Shown here: piece by piece, positions 1 to 12,447 of the stretch
Numbering within the stretch: the stretch's first letter is position 1
How the letters are laid out: every line of letters starts with the position of its first letter
Assembly (NCBI RefSeq): GCF_006345805.1
Contig: NC_042997.1
Span: 73,842,001 to 73,906,000 of the forward strand
Source of the DNA: Octopus sinensis
Lineage: Eukaryota
Direction of reading: 5' to 3'
Length of the DNA stretch: 64,000 bases
The notes under the pieces: model-generated
Database searches by the model: none
Told to the model about the DNA's origin: nothing
Seen by the model: only the letters and a program-made list of their open reading frames with translations
Program-made: the position numbers and the translations under genes

Positions 1-169
1 TCACTTAGGTTTACGAGAAAGGGATGGCCTCCCTTTGCAAATACCATAAGGGCACAGATAGTGTGCCTAAAGCTAGCTGGAGACGATGATCTCCTGGGGC
101 TAAAAAGCTACAGTAACACACACCCCCCTTTGTGGTTAGCCATATTGAGATGGCTATTATACTTTACAT
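1..169 (+). repeat. Direct repeat copy 1 (LTR/pLTR-like) of a ~1502-bp unit; extends beyond window start
   Basis: TCACTTAGG..GAGAAAGGGATGGCCTCCCTTTGCAAATACCATAAG..GGGGCTAAAAAGCTACAGTAACA..ATATTGAGATGG..TTTACAT recurs at 1503-1638 with small indels. Several hairpins, e.g. AAAGGGA/TCCCTTT, GGCACA/TGTGCC, TAGCCAT/ATGGCTA. Confidence 0.9.
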
Positions 170-555
170 TGTCGAGCGGTTACTGTTTACATCTCGTTCT
201 GAGATTTAATAATGCTTGCAGGCAGTTTTTCGAAATCAGTGGCAGTAGTCACTAGAAAAACTCTTATATATTTGCATACAGGCTTTCGCTTTCATCCTGA
301 TCCGGTGTTTTGACTCGTCTAGGGACCCCTCTTTCATCTGCGTATTGAGAAGTTAGCTGCCTATTTTGTTGAGTGAGTTCGTTTTTTGTTCGTCGTTGTT
401 TGTGTTTGCTCGTGAATTGAACAGTTGTCCGTTGTGTGACAGTAATTTTCGCCCTACGGGGCTGAAAATTCTGTGTATAAACATTGTTATTACCTTCGGG
501 GTAATTTTTTTTTTTTGAAAAATTGGTTCTCATAATTTGAGAAATAGAGTTCGAC

Positions 556-1366
556 TTGGCGTCGAGGAGCGACTTTCCCGTGATGGGAAAAGGCGAACAG
601 AAGGATATCGAGGTTAGAAAACAGTCTTTTTCGGCCGCAGTGGGCGGAACCGTAACGGAAGTGGAATTCAAAATAGAACAGTTGTTCGAATACCGGAACT
701 TGGTCAAAAAGGAAGGCAACGAAATAAAACTGGTACCGCCGCAAGCGATATTACTGGAAATAAAGGCCAAGACAGTCGCGTACAAGGTTTACAGTAAAAA
801 AAATGGACGTGAAGAACGAAATAGTAGAGAAGTGCTTGTCCCCGGTGTGGAGCAAAATTCGCTACGTCGGTCGAGGTGCCCGCAGCGCTACCGTTGAAGC
901 ACATTTCGACTCGGCTGATGTGGCAAGAGAGATTTCATCGATGACCTTAAAAAGTGAGGACAACATGTTACTACCTACCTATATGGGAAAAAGAACTGCG
1001 AAACTATATGTGGAAGACATTCCAAGAGGATATGATATAATGTGGGTAGCAGCGGCGGTTCTGCACGACGTAGAGCAGAAAGTCTCAATTCTGCAGATGA
1101 AAAGGAAAGAGGAGGTAAACTGGAATGGACAAGCGCTCGAACTCCTCGTTCAAGCAGAAAATAATGTGCTAGAAAACTTACCCGATAGGGTATTTATCGA
1201 GGAGGGAATTACAATGAGAGTGTCAGTGGAGGGGCGCAGACCTAGTTGTTTCAAATGTGGTGAAAAGGGTAACGTCGGCTCGAACTGCATAAAAAAAAGA
1301 AAACAGCGAAGCCCCTCCTCAAAGTGCTTCAAACACAGAAAAAGACCCCAAGAACGAACCATTTAA
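556..1366 (+). CDS. gag/ORF1-like protein (RRM-like region + zinc knuckle), ~269 aa, split by one extra A in an A8 run
   Basis: ORFs 556..897 and 803..1366 join (..VYSKK-MDVKN..) if one A is removed from the run at 796-803. SFSAAV N-terminal motif; C-terminal EGRRPSCFKCGEKGNVGSNC (CX2CX4[H>N]X4C). Collinear motifs shared with ORFs at 16287 and 60453. Confidence 0.75.
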
Positions 1367-1445
1367 CTGTTTTTTGTATGTATGTCCTGTATTGTTCTTC
1401 TATGTACTGATTTTATAATCCTAATAAAGAATTAATCGTGATCCG

Positions 1446-1505
1446 GTGATTACCGCCCGTTGATAAGAGGCAATAACCTCGAAACCGCGGTCCGGTGCGT
1501 ATCAC
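1446..1505 (+). ncRNA. Type I hammerhead ribozyme, U3-A8 core variant
   Basis: Stem I GTGATTACCGCCCG / CGGTGCGTATCAC (bulged); core TTGATAA 1460-1466; stem II GAGG-CAATAA-CCTC; GAAA 1481-1484; palindromic stem III ACCGCGGT; predicted GUC cleavage after 1492. AATAAA at 1423-1428 just upstream. Confidence 0.8.
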
Positions 1506-1636
1506 TTAGGCTTACGAGAAAGGGATGGCCTCCCTTTGCAAATACCATAAGATAGTGTGCCTAAAGCCAATGGATACAATGATTTCCTGGGGCTAAAAAG
1601 CTACAGTAACATATTGAGATGGGTATTGTATTTTAC

Positions 1637-1638
<2 letters not shown>
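1503..1638 (+). repeat. Direct repeat copy 2, truncated by (TA)n
   Basis: Matches 1-169 at offset 1502 and lacks a ~23-nt segment of copy 1. Confidence 0.9.
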
Positions 1639-1677
<39 letters not shown>

Positions 1678-1778
1678 TATATATATATATATATGTATAT
1701 ATATATGTATATATATATATGTATATATTTATATATATGTATATATTTATATATATGTATATATTTATATATATATAT

Positions 1779-1816
<38 letters not shown>

Positions 1817-1848
1817 TATATGTATATATATATTTATATGTATATATA

Positions 1849-1947
<99 letters not shown>

Positions 1948-1950
1948 GTA

Positions 1951-2003
<53 letters not shown>

Positions 2004-2004
2004 A
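1637..2004. repeat. Imperfect (TA)n microsatellite; similar tracts at ~6860-7330, 7680-7850, 8180-8410, 11710-11930, 13372-13450, 35330-35500, 36550-36730, 63080-63240
   Basis: Directly visible dinucleotide tracts. Confidence 0.98.
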
Positions 2005-2324
2005 GTAACAGAAAAGAGGAATTTCGATTATCCCCACGTAGTGGGTTGCAATGTATATAAGAAATTAAAAAAGAAAATACGCTCACTTAGATAGTTTTAA
2101 TATAATTTTTAATATATCGACCGGTTTCCTTATCACTATTCATGATATTATGTTTTACTTATTGGAATATATATTTTTTCTTTAGAAGAAATTTCGTGTG
2201 ATGAGATTCACGAGTGAATGACTTCACAAGTAGATAAATAAAGGGAGGTAATTGGTTGTTATTATTATTATTGTTGTGTGTAAGGGAGATAACTTTTCGG
2301 CTTTCGGTAATATATATATATATA

Positions 2325-2773
2325 CAGGGTGGGGAAGCAAAATTTACAATGAACATTAAGTTGTTTCTTCTCGCCAGGCACTAAGTCAATTGTTTTGAAA
2401 CCTAGCATATATTGATGTCATACTCATACCTAACACTAATATCGTTACCTTTTCAGAAACTTTTGCCCATATGAGTAATCAGGAATGCAAATGTCAAAGA
2501 GTGTGTGATTTGCTGTATGCACTCGTCACACCAAAGGAGATTTCAAGAATAGTTGGAGAGTCCATAAAGACTGTTTATAATGTAAAGAATAGAATGACTA
2601 TCAGCAAAACTATTATGAGGAGGTCTGGAATGGAAGAATCAACAAAAACGTACCAAAGCTTTTATTAAAGTTCTCAAATCCCAAATCCTAAAGGATCCAA
2701 ACAAATCTAAGAGAAAAATGGCAATTGAACTTGAGGTAGTCAACAAGACCATTAGAAATGCAGTAAAATAGGA
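2325..2773 (+). mobile_element. Tc1/mariner left end with N-terminal transposase fragment, cut by a PLE insertion
   Basis: TA|CAGGGTGGGGAAGC terminus. HTH-like ORF MSNQECKCQRVCDLLYALVTPKEISRIVGESIKTVYNV.., continuing after a frameshift as ..ILKDPNKSKRKMAIELEV. Confidence 0.7.
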
Positions 2774-4796
2774 TTTGCAATGTTCATAAAGTTCAATTTT
2801 GCAATGTTCATAAAGTTCAATTTTGCAATGTTCATAAAGTTCAATTAGTGCTTTTATACGTTCGTAATAATCATCAGATTTCAAAATGTATTAACTGACA
2901 GTTGAGTTGAATGCTTGACAACTACAATGAAATGACTAACTTCTTTTTATACCTTTTAGAAGGCTACATAAGGCTGATTTTTTCGAATACGGTTTTGACC
3001 AATCAGCATGCAACTTAAACGTCACGGTTTGACGGGTGCACCAATATTACTGGTATAGATCCCGCCTTTATTATAACCAATTAGCTTACGGTTTACATGT
3101 AATGGTTTTATGAGTGAGCAAAGTTAATTGGTTTCGATCGTTTTCATTTCAATCAGTGGAGTCTTCTGTTATTTGTTTATATCATGTGTTAAAGATATTT
3201 TTTAATCCACATCATTAATTGGTTGTTATATTATAGTTCCGTTCAGAACAGGTTTGAACATTTTAATAAACCGTTTTTCTTTTATCTTTCTTCCAACCTC
3301 ACTTGTGTCATGTAGTTTGTGGAACGGGAAAATTTTAAAAAATTTTCTGACCACATGTTTCTATATGTTCGCTCAATGGAATTTGGCGAACATTAGTGGT
3401 CCGGATTTGTTGTCTATGATCTCGTGAGCGTTCCGATAATGCATTCCCTGCCTTGCCAATATATAGTTCCTCGCAATTAGGGCGTTTAATGCAGTAGATC
3501 AAATTTCTGCTTTTGCAGTTCATATCTGCATTTGCGAAAATTCGTCTATTTTTTGTTCTAATGGATCTACCAGTAGGCATGTATTGACACGTTCCACAGC
3601 TTTTATCATTACACTTCGATACAGTGAATGGTTTAATCTGTTTGTTCATGTTGAATTTTGCATTTGTTAATAGTTTCTGTAGGTTATGTGGTTACCTTTA
3701 TCTTAAGATGTTTGATTAGTTATGTTTTTTTTAATTTTTCGCTTTGTTTCATGATTGGCGAATTTGTTTTGATGATGTTAAAAAAATGTTAGTGATGCGG
3801 ATTGTGTATTACTAGAAATGGCATTGAGTTCTGTTGATGGGTTCGTATTTTTCGTGTTGCTCTAAGTTGTTCTAGAGGTATTTCTTTTGTTTATTGGGTG
3901 CTATTTTCTACAAGTAGGAGAAGGTTTTTTTGCTTGAGCTGAAATCCTTTGAGTTCTATGTCGTATGTTCCTGGTATTTGGATAATCAATAGATTATAGT
4001 ACAATAGATTATCGTACAAACTTTTCTAGCTGGACAGTACGGGATGTTGCGTTTTATGTGTGCTGGAGGGCATGATTTGAAATTTAGGTTCTGGTGTGTC
4101 TGTGATTTTATGATAAATATCCGTTGTGATTGTGGTATCGTTTGTAATTACCATTATGTCAAGAAATAGTAATTGTATGTGGCTCATTTCTCTAGTAAAT
4201 TTGAGGTGAGGCTGTACATTGTTGAAGAGGGTGCTGAATTCTTCTAGATTTTCTAGGAATTTGGTCCAAATTAGGAAACAATCATCGAGATATCTTCTCC
4301 ATGTGTCCTCTATATGTCTTCTAAATGTTATGCCATAGTTTTCTTCAGTGTTTTTTATATAGGATTTGTTCCAAGTATTCCAATACTGAATTCGCGGAAA
4401 CTGGAGCAAATACCGTCCCCATAACTCTGCTTTGAATTTGGAGGTAGTTTTTTCGGTTGAAAAGGAATTATGAAGCTGACAGTGTCTAGTATGAATTTAC
4501 TGGAGATCACTTTAAGCTGCATGCTGACCGGTCAAAGTCGTATTCGAAAAGTTCAGCTTATCGGAGCTTTCTGAAAGGTATAAAAAGGAAGAAGTCGGTC
4601 ATTTTACTACAGTTGTCAAGCAATCAGCTCAACTGTCAGTTAATACATTTTGAAATCCTATGATAACTACGAACGTATGGAAGCGCTAACTGAACATGTC
4701 CAAATATTTTTTTTAATATTTAACACACTTCAACATTGTAAAAATGTTATTTTAAATACAATAATAATAAGCATGAAAACCAGACCATTTTTATTC
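2774..4796 (-). mobile_element. 5'-truncated Penelope-like element (RT + GIY-YIG) with inverted pLTR arms
   Basis: 4026..4409 has WRRYLDDCFLIW..FLDIMV..TDIYHK. 3335..3649 has CNDKSCGTC..NLIYCIKRPNCEELYIGKAG..H. About 2850-3050 is inverted at ~4510-4700. Degenerate hammerheads at 2840-2880 (-) and ~4640-4695 (+). Confidence 0.9.
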
Positions 4797-4811
4797 TAAA
4801 GGTGGAAATCT

Positions 4812-6860
4812 AAAGGTGGAAAGGATGTCTGTGATAATTATCGCGGCATCTGTCTGTTAGCTGTTGCTCGAAAGGTCCTCTATAGGGTAATGCTGGATAG
4901 ATTGCTTCTGCACATTGCTGATGAGGTTCTACCAGAATCGCAATGTGGGTTTGGGGATAGTAGGAGTACTATGCATATATTTTCGGCTAGACAGTTGCAA
5001 GAGAAGTGCATCGAACAGGATATGGACTTATACCAGGTTTTCATTGACCTAACAAAAGAGTTTGATTCTATCAATAGAATTGCACTATGGGAGATCATAA
5101 AAAATTAGGATGCCCTGAAAATTTTGTAAGAGGTCTTAGACAATTTCATTACAAGATGGAAGTGAGAGTTAATGTTGGAGGTACCTTACCAGATCCAATT
5201 TCTGTAGAAAATAGTGTAAAGCAAGGTGATATTCCTGCTCTTACACTGTTTGCTATACATTTCGCAATAGTCTTTCAAATAGCTTTTAAAGATTGCCCTG
5301 AAAGGGGCTATATAAGATATAAGACAACAGGAAAACTGTTCAATCTCAAAAGACTCTGTGACAAAACGAAAGTTCTGCATTCTCATCTTGCTGAGTTTCT
5401 GTATGCAGACGATTGTGAACTGTTGGCACATTTTCAGAAAGATATGCAACACATGGTGAATGCGATTTCTGCAGCATGTGCAGCATTGGGTCTAACAATC
5501 AATCTGAAAAACTGTTATAATGTACCAGCCTCTCCCACCAAGATGTATATGGAAACTTTTATAACCGTGAATGGTCAAAGGTTGGAGACTGTACCTAGAT
5601 TTATTTATTTAGGAAGTACCTTGATTCATACAGAATCAGCAGGGCTAGTAGTGCTTTTGGTAGACTTGATAGGCGTCTGTGGAAACAACATTATATATCT
5701 TCACAAATTAAAGTTAAGGTGTATAACACATGCGTCCTCCCATCTTTGCTATATGGAAGTGAGGCATGGGTTCTTTACCGTAGGCTGGTAAGGCAATTAG
5801 AACGATTTCATCAATACTGTCTGAGAAAAATTGGAGAGATAAACTGGAAAATGGCCATTAGTAATGTGGAGGTGTTTGAGAGGAGTGGCAGTAGAAATAT
5901 AGAGTCAATGATTTTGCAGAGACGTTTGAGGGGGGGGGCATTTGGTAAACAAGAGTGATGAGTGACTGCCCAAGCAGGTATTGCACGGTGAGCTGGAAAT
6001 GGCAGACCAGCGTATAAGCCTAAACTAAGATTTAAGGATTGCCTTAAAAATGCTCGAATACTGACAGGAATTGCAGCTGGTAATTGGGAGAGGGAGGCAT
6101 AACACCGTGATGATGGTTGTTCAAGGTTTGAGAAGGAGAGAGTGAAGCATGAGAGAATTAGGAGGGGGCTTAGAAGGGGTGCCTGTTGAAAGTAAGATAA
6201 AACTGTTATAATGTACCAGCCTCTCCCACCAAGATGTATATGGAAACTTTTATAACCGTGAATGGTCAAAGGTTGGAGACTGTACCTAGATTTATTTATT
6301 TAGGAAGTACCTTGATTCATACAGAATCAGCAGGACTAGTAGTGCTTTTGGTAGACTTGATAGGCGTCTGTGGAAACAACATTATATATCTTCACAAATT
6401 AAAGTTAAGGTGTATAACACATGCGTCCTCCCATCTTTGCTATATGGAAGTGAGGCATGGGTTCTTTACCGTAGGCTGGTAAGGCAATTAGAACGATTAT
6501 GCGTGTGGTTTGTGGGTGGAGGCGTTTGAGTCGTGCAGGCCTGGTGAGCCATCAAAATTCTCATAGAAATCGACCCATGATAAACAATGATGTGGCTAAT
6601 AAAATTCATAACCGAACGTGTGTAAAATGTGAAAGGGTGTGCCTCTCAGTTGGAGGTCTAAAAAGACATGTTAAGAGAGTGCATATTGTGGCACCTGTTT
6701 CTCCGGCTAGCCATAACAGTTGTCTAGTATGTAATAAAATGTGTAAAAGCATGGCCAGGTTTAAAAGTCATATAAGGCATCGCATGGCAACAATCATGAC
6801 TCATTTCAGTGAGTCTTCTAGGCAATGGCTTTTCTCGTGGAACGAGGATGCTGCTGTGTA
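4812..6860 (+). mobile_element. 5'-truncated, frameshifted RTE-clade LINE
   Basis: RGICLLAVARKV..LPESQCGF..RQLQEKC..FIDLTKEFDS..VKQGDIPALTLF..FLYADDC..YNTCVLPSLLYGSEAW..LERFHQYCLRKI; C-terminal C2H2-like motifs at 6499-6790. Confidence 0.92.
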
Positions 6861-6880
6861 TTATATGTGTATATATATAT

Positions 6881-7050
<170 letters not shown>

Positions 7051-7271
7051 GTATATATAATGTATATATATATATGTATGTATATATATATATATGTATT
7101 ATATATATATATATGTATATATATATTGTATATATATATATTGTATATATATATATGTATATATATATGTAATATATATATATGTATATATATATGTATA
7201 TATATATATGTATATATATATATATGTATATATGTATATATATATATATTATATATATGTATATATATATG

Positions 7272-7330
<59 letters not shown>

Positions 7331-7331
<1 letters not shown>

Positions 7332-7623
7332 AACAATTGCAGCGTGGAAGGTGTTTATAAGCCATTTAAGAAACACACAAAAGCCGTTCGATTCACTCCA
7401 ACATTTAAGTTTAATTTGTCAAAATATTTTCGTCGCTAAAATCCGCGACCTGTTCACTGACAAAGTCCGTGCTACATCTCAGCACGGACTTTGTCAGTGA
7501 ACAGGTCGCGGATTTTAGCGACGAAAATATTTTGATAAATTAAACTTAAATGTTGGAGTGAATCGAACGGCTTTTGTGTGTTTCTTAAATGGCTTATAAA
7601 CACCTTCCACGCTGCAATTGTTT
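7331..7623. mobile_element. Hairpin fold-back element: 143-bp arms, 7-nt loop, a hammerhead in each arm
   Basis: 7331-7473 is the reverse complement of 7481-7623 with one mismatch seen; loop ACATCTC; embedded in (TA)n. Confidence 0.9.
7490..7539 (+). ncRNA. Minimal type I hammerhead, G3-C8 core variant (mirror copy on - strand at 7415-7464)
   Basis: Stem I TTTGTCA/TGA(C/T)AAA; core GTGAACA; stem II GTCGC..GCGAC; GAAA; palindromic stem III AATATT; U17. Confidence 0.6.
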
Positions 7624-7726
7624 TCGTTTCAGCACACGATCTCAGATCAAATTACTTGCTATGCGAGTACATCTCCGTAATATATATATATAATATATAT
7701 ATATATTATTTATTTATAGGTATATG

Positions 7727-7843
<117 letters not shown>

Positions 7844-8434
7844 TATTTATATCATCACAATCAAGGAACGGCCATAATAGGCCATTCACCCACTAGAAAT
7901 AACAGCCAAAGCTTCAACCGCAAAATAACATTAATTCCGCAAACCAGGAGAAAATTAAGAAAACATTTACCCTGTAATTTCTTATACGATGCACCGTTTC
8001 ATCTACTGTTTAATGGTAAACTAACCTGATTAAATTAAATCAAGCCAATCTTCCATAAGCCCTTAGATTCGTCAGTAAGAAATAGCCAGATCGGAACAGA
8101 TATTTTCACGAGGCATTTCTGTCCCTGCCTCGGCAATATCTGACCTAAAATTTTCAAATCATCGCACTCGCGCCAAATTTATATATACCTATAAATATAT
8201 ATATTTATAGGTATATGTATGTATATATAGGTATATGTATGTATATATATGTATATGTATGTATATATATGTATATATATGCATGTATAGATGTGTACAT
8301 GTATATGTATATATGTGTATATATGTGTATACATATATATATGTATATATGTATGTATATATATGTATATATATATGTGTGTATGTGTGTATCTGTATGT
8401 ATATATATATATGACGCCATGATAGACCATTAGC

Positions 8435-8619
8435 TCCTACACGCATTTTTTTCCTTGTTTTTCTCCGTGTTTTTTTTTCTGTGTATCTTTCTGTCGAAGA
8501 GCGTAGGCTCGAAACGTAAAAGACTTGTTATATTTCTATTCCTGAGCGCCATACTAATACATTTGTCTGTTTGTACTCCACCTGCCTTCGTCTTTTGTTT
8601 TTTTCGTAAACCTTCCCGT

Positions 8620-8620
<1 letters not shown>
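8435..8620 (+). mobile_element. Short pyrimidine-rich PLE-derived repeat with a degenerate minimal hammerhead (8487-8523)
   Basis: CTGTCGA-AGAG-CGTAGG-CTC-GAAACGTA..CCTGAGCG; same family at 27860-28040 (+) and 35520-35700 (-). Confidence 0.6.
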
Positions 8621-8649
<29 letters not shown>

Positions 8650-8650
<1 letters not shown>

Positions 8651-10700
8651 TTAGAGACAAAACCACTATTAGGCAAATCAAACAATGAAAGACTTAAGCC
8701 AATACATATGATTAATTTATATTATTTAAATATGTAACAATTATTAAAAAATATAATTAATATCCACTACGATCGTTTCCTGCCTGCTGTCTTTAAATTT
8801 TTGAGTCGCAGTCATTCATCAGGATATATGTATGGATATATGTGTATATAGATGTATATAGATATGTATATATATGTATATATAAATATACTAATTTATA
8901 CTCATTATACTATTACAAATTATAACTACAAAAGTTAGTAACATAAATCAGGGATAAATATATACACAAATTAGCTATACTTATTATATAAGTAACTTAA
9001 CTTATGTCTACCAAATTTTGTTCTTATTATTAACATTATTTATATTTATTATATTATATTTATTATTATCATTAAACGAATTAAATTTATTCTTATCTTT
9101 TAGTCTATTATTATATTTATTTTTTGTATTATCATAATACATATTATTAAAACCATAATTACCTAATAAAACTTATCATAATTCTTAATATTAGGTTTAT
9201 TATTATAGATATCATAAGGATCATTTATATTATAATATTTTATATCATAATTGTATATATAATTATTAAAGAATTTAATACCATTATTATATCCCGCCTC
9301 TCACGAGGCTTCTTTATTATAAGGCGCGTGTTTTGGGAAAATCTCAAAATTAGAAGAAAGCATCGATATTCTTTTACCTATATTATCTATCAACGATTTC
9401 TTAATTGGGGTAGGGTGATTACTATTAGCATTAATATATCTAAGGTTTTCATATATATTATGGAATGGTTGGTTTTTACCTGGTATTAAATTAAAATTAG
9501 CATCTAAATAATTAACATTATAATTCTCTTTATATATAGTAATATCTAATCCATATCTTTTAAAAAAAAACTATATAGTTTCTTCTTATATAATTCTAGT
9601 GTTCTATTGGTGCAATTCTTAGTAATAAAAGGTCATCCCTATATAATCCACCCTCCAACTTTAATTTTTCTAATTCTAAATCAGTCACCTGGGCGGAATT
9701 GGGTGCCCCCATGGGTATATCAAAATAGTCTCTAGTATCCTTCCTAGCCCACAATTTGTTATTATATCTAATCAACAATTCCCTAACCGCTTTAACTACA
9801 TTAACTTCATCTTAAGTCATTCCAATCTTATACATTGCATAAATTAGGGCCTTATTGAGTACAATCTCATTTATAGAAGAAGAATAATTATCTATATCTA
9901 TTTGAATGAATTTATATCTATTTTTATCTTTAGTATTATTAAACCATTTTAAAGTATCATTAGTACTACTCCAAAGTTTTAGATAATTAAGTTCATTTAA
10001 TCTATTAGTATATTTATCTAAAATGATCTTAATTTGCCTAGATCTGATTTACGTGCACAAATAAATCTAACTTTTGGGTCAGAATAAAAATTATCATTAT
10101 GGTCTTTTAAAGTAATTCTAGGGTGCATAGGTACATAAGGTTCAGGTTTATTATCTAACCTATATTTCTTCATGATTAATTTTGAGGCCTTATTTATATT
10201 ATAAAGAGTATTTTCAGGAACAATTTTATATTTTTTAAATTTATTCCTTTCTCTAATAGATTATCATTTAATTTAACATCTAGTTTATACATGTTCCTAG
10301 TTTTATCTGATTGTACTATAATTCCTTCCATATTTCGCATTTCTTTTATTCTCATAGCTAGATTTCTTAAATATTCATTGTGCCGATTTGGGTATCTATG
10401 AAATTTAATATTTTTCACCACCTTCCAAATATTATCCTCTAAAACCTGTATATCCCTATTATACGGGGGTTTCTTTCTCGATTTAAACTTTGTATTGATA
10501 TAATTAGTATTCTCTACATCGTTAATATTAGATATTTTACAAGTATTGTACTAGGTTTTCCATTTAATCCTATTAATAAATTTTTTTCATTACTAATAAG
10601 TTTGGAAATATATTCTTTTCTAGATGATATAGGAATATCCTTCAAAGATAAATTCCAAAATACTGGTCCTATCTTACCTGTAAGTTCCATAACTAACGAA
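8650..10700 (-). mobile_element. Degraded, very AT-rich Penelope-like element of a second lineage
   Basis: Fragments NLSLKDIPISSRKEYISKLI..KFKSRKKPP..IIVQSDKTRNMY and YFDIPMGAPNSAQV..GLYRDD. 3' hammerhead-like CTGATGA..GAAACGATCGTA at ~8761-8828 (-). Confidence 0.75.
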
Positions 10701-11006
10701 ATTGAGAGTTAAATACAATCGACAAGCGTTAGTTATAAATATGAATAGAAATATTATTATTAATAATAATAGTAGGAAATATAATTCCAAACTTACAGGA
10801 AAAATTCAATTTAGCAAGTCAATTTAATGTTTATTTAATTTAGTGATTGTTTGAATAATATTTATTATAGTATATTTAAATTTTTTTCTATATAATATGG
10901 ATAATGTCTTTCACTATTGAATTACATAAGAGAAGTTATTTCAATTAATTATATACATATCTATGTATGTATATATATATATATATACCCCACAACTCCA
11001 CTTTGT

Positions 11007-11041
<35 letters not shown>

Positions 11042-11049
11042 ATATATAC

Positions 11050-11215
11050 ATGCGGGGGTGACTATGTGCAAAGAAGCTTGTGTCCCAACCACATGCTTCT
11101 GGGTTGAGTCCCACTGCATGGCACCTTCGGCAACTGTCTTCAACTAAAGCCTTCGGCCGACCAAACCCATGTCAGTTGATTTGGTTGACGGAAACTAAAA
11201 GAAGTCCGTCCTATA
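11050..11215 (+). mobile_element. tRNA-derived SINE (degenerate; same family as 59833/61994 and 43340)
   Basis: ..CCAACCACATGCTTCTGGGTTGAGTCCCACTGCATGGCACCTTCGGCAACTGTCTT..GACGGAAACTAAAAGAAGTCCGTC. Confidence 0.8.
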
Positions 11216-11758
11216 TATTTATATATGTGTGTGTGTGTGTGTGTGTATGTAACTAATCTAGAGACGAACCACCATTTCACAACTCAGTCAATGAAGAACC
11301 TGTCCAAAACCATGCTCTGAGACATATAACATACAAAATCAAATATCATACAAAGAAAATATTAATCCTAAAAATATTAATCTAAAATCAAATAAAGTAT
11401 AAATTGAACAATAAAAATTAATACAATAATATAATGTATAAAAGTAAGTACTAGTACATTGACTATGTGCGTTTAATGACTGAATTAAGATTATATAAAA
11501 TCATATAAGAAACCATATCCAAGTTCATTAGAAATTGGATATACAGTAATTTGCCGGCAGATAGGTAATTATATACTGTAATATACAGTAATTCGCCGGC
11601 AGATAATATACATATATTATATATTATATATTACGAAATTCGATTTAATATTATTAGACTGAATATTACGTGTAAGGTTGGAATAATAATTTATTCCCTA
11701 ATATTATTATTATATATATGTATGTATATATACGTATATATATGGATATATATGTATA

Positions 11759-11791
<33 letters not shown>

Positions 11792-11914
11792 GGATATGCA
11801 TGTATATATATATGTATATATGTGTATATATATATGCATATATGTATATATATATATGCATATATGTATATATGAATATATATATGCATACATGTATATA
11901 TGAATATACATATG

Positions 11915-11946
<32 letters not shown>

Positions 11947-11966
11947 CGCGCATACATAGCTATCTA

Positions 11967-12007
<41 letters not shown>

Positions 12008-12447
12008 AATTCCCTATATATGTGTATATATATATATCAATGATTGATAAAAAACACAACAAAGGGGATCATGACGAAAACAGGACAAATGGAAAATTAG
12101 GCAAAACATGATACGCGAAAAATTCGCAGCTCCTTCCTCATCAGTCAATGTCCAGGACTCCCTTATGCTTTCGCGCTTTAAACATTGGTGCCATTCCGTC
12201 TTGGCAGTGCCAGAGCAGGAAGTTCTGATATGTGTTTGTGTGTGTGTGTGTGTGTGTGCCATTATTCAGTTTATTTCAAGATTTCTTTCCAATAGAGAAA
12301 GGACCGGTTTCTAACCTAGATCATTTGAATTTCATCATCATCAACAAGGTATTTTTGCTTGTATGTATGTACACATGAGCTGATTTGTATGTTTTATGTA
12401 TGTATTCTCATGCATATAGTTACATATCTAGATATGCTCATATATAT

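Noticed and set aside
264-785. 173-aa minus-strand ORF
   Set aside because: Antisense to the ORF1-like gene and its leader, with no recognisable motifs.
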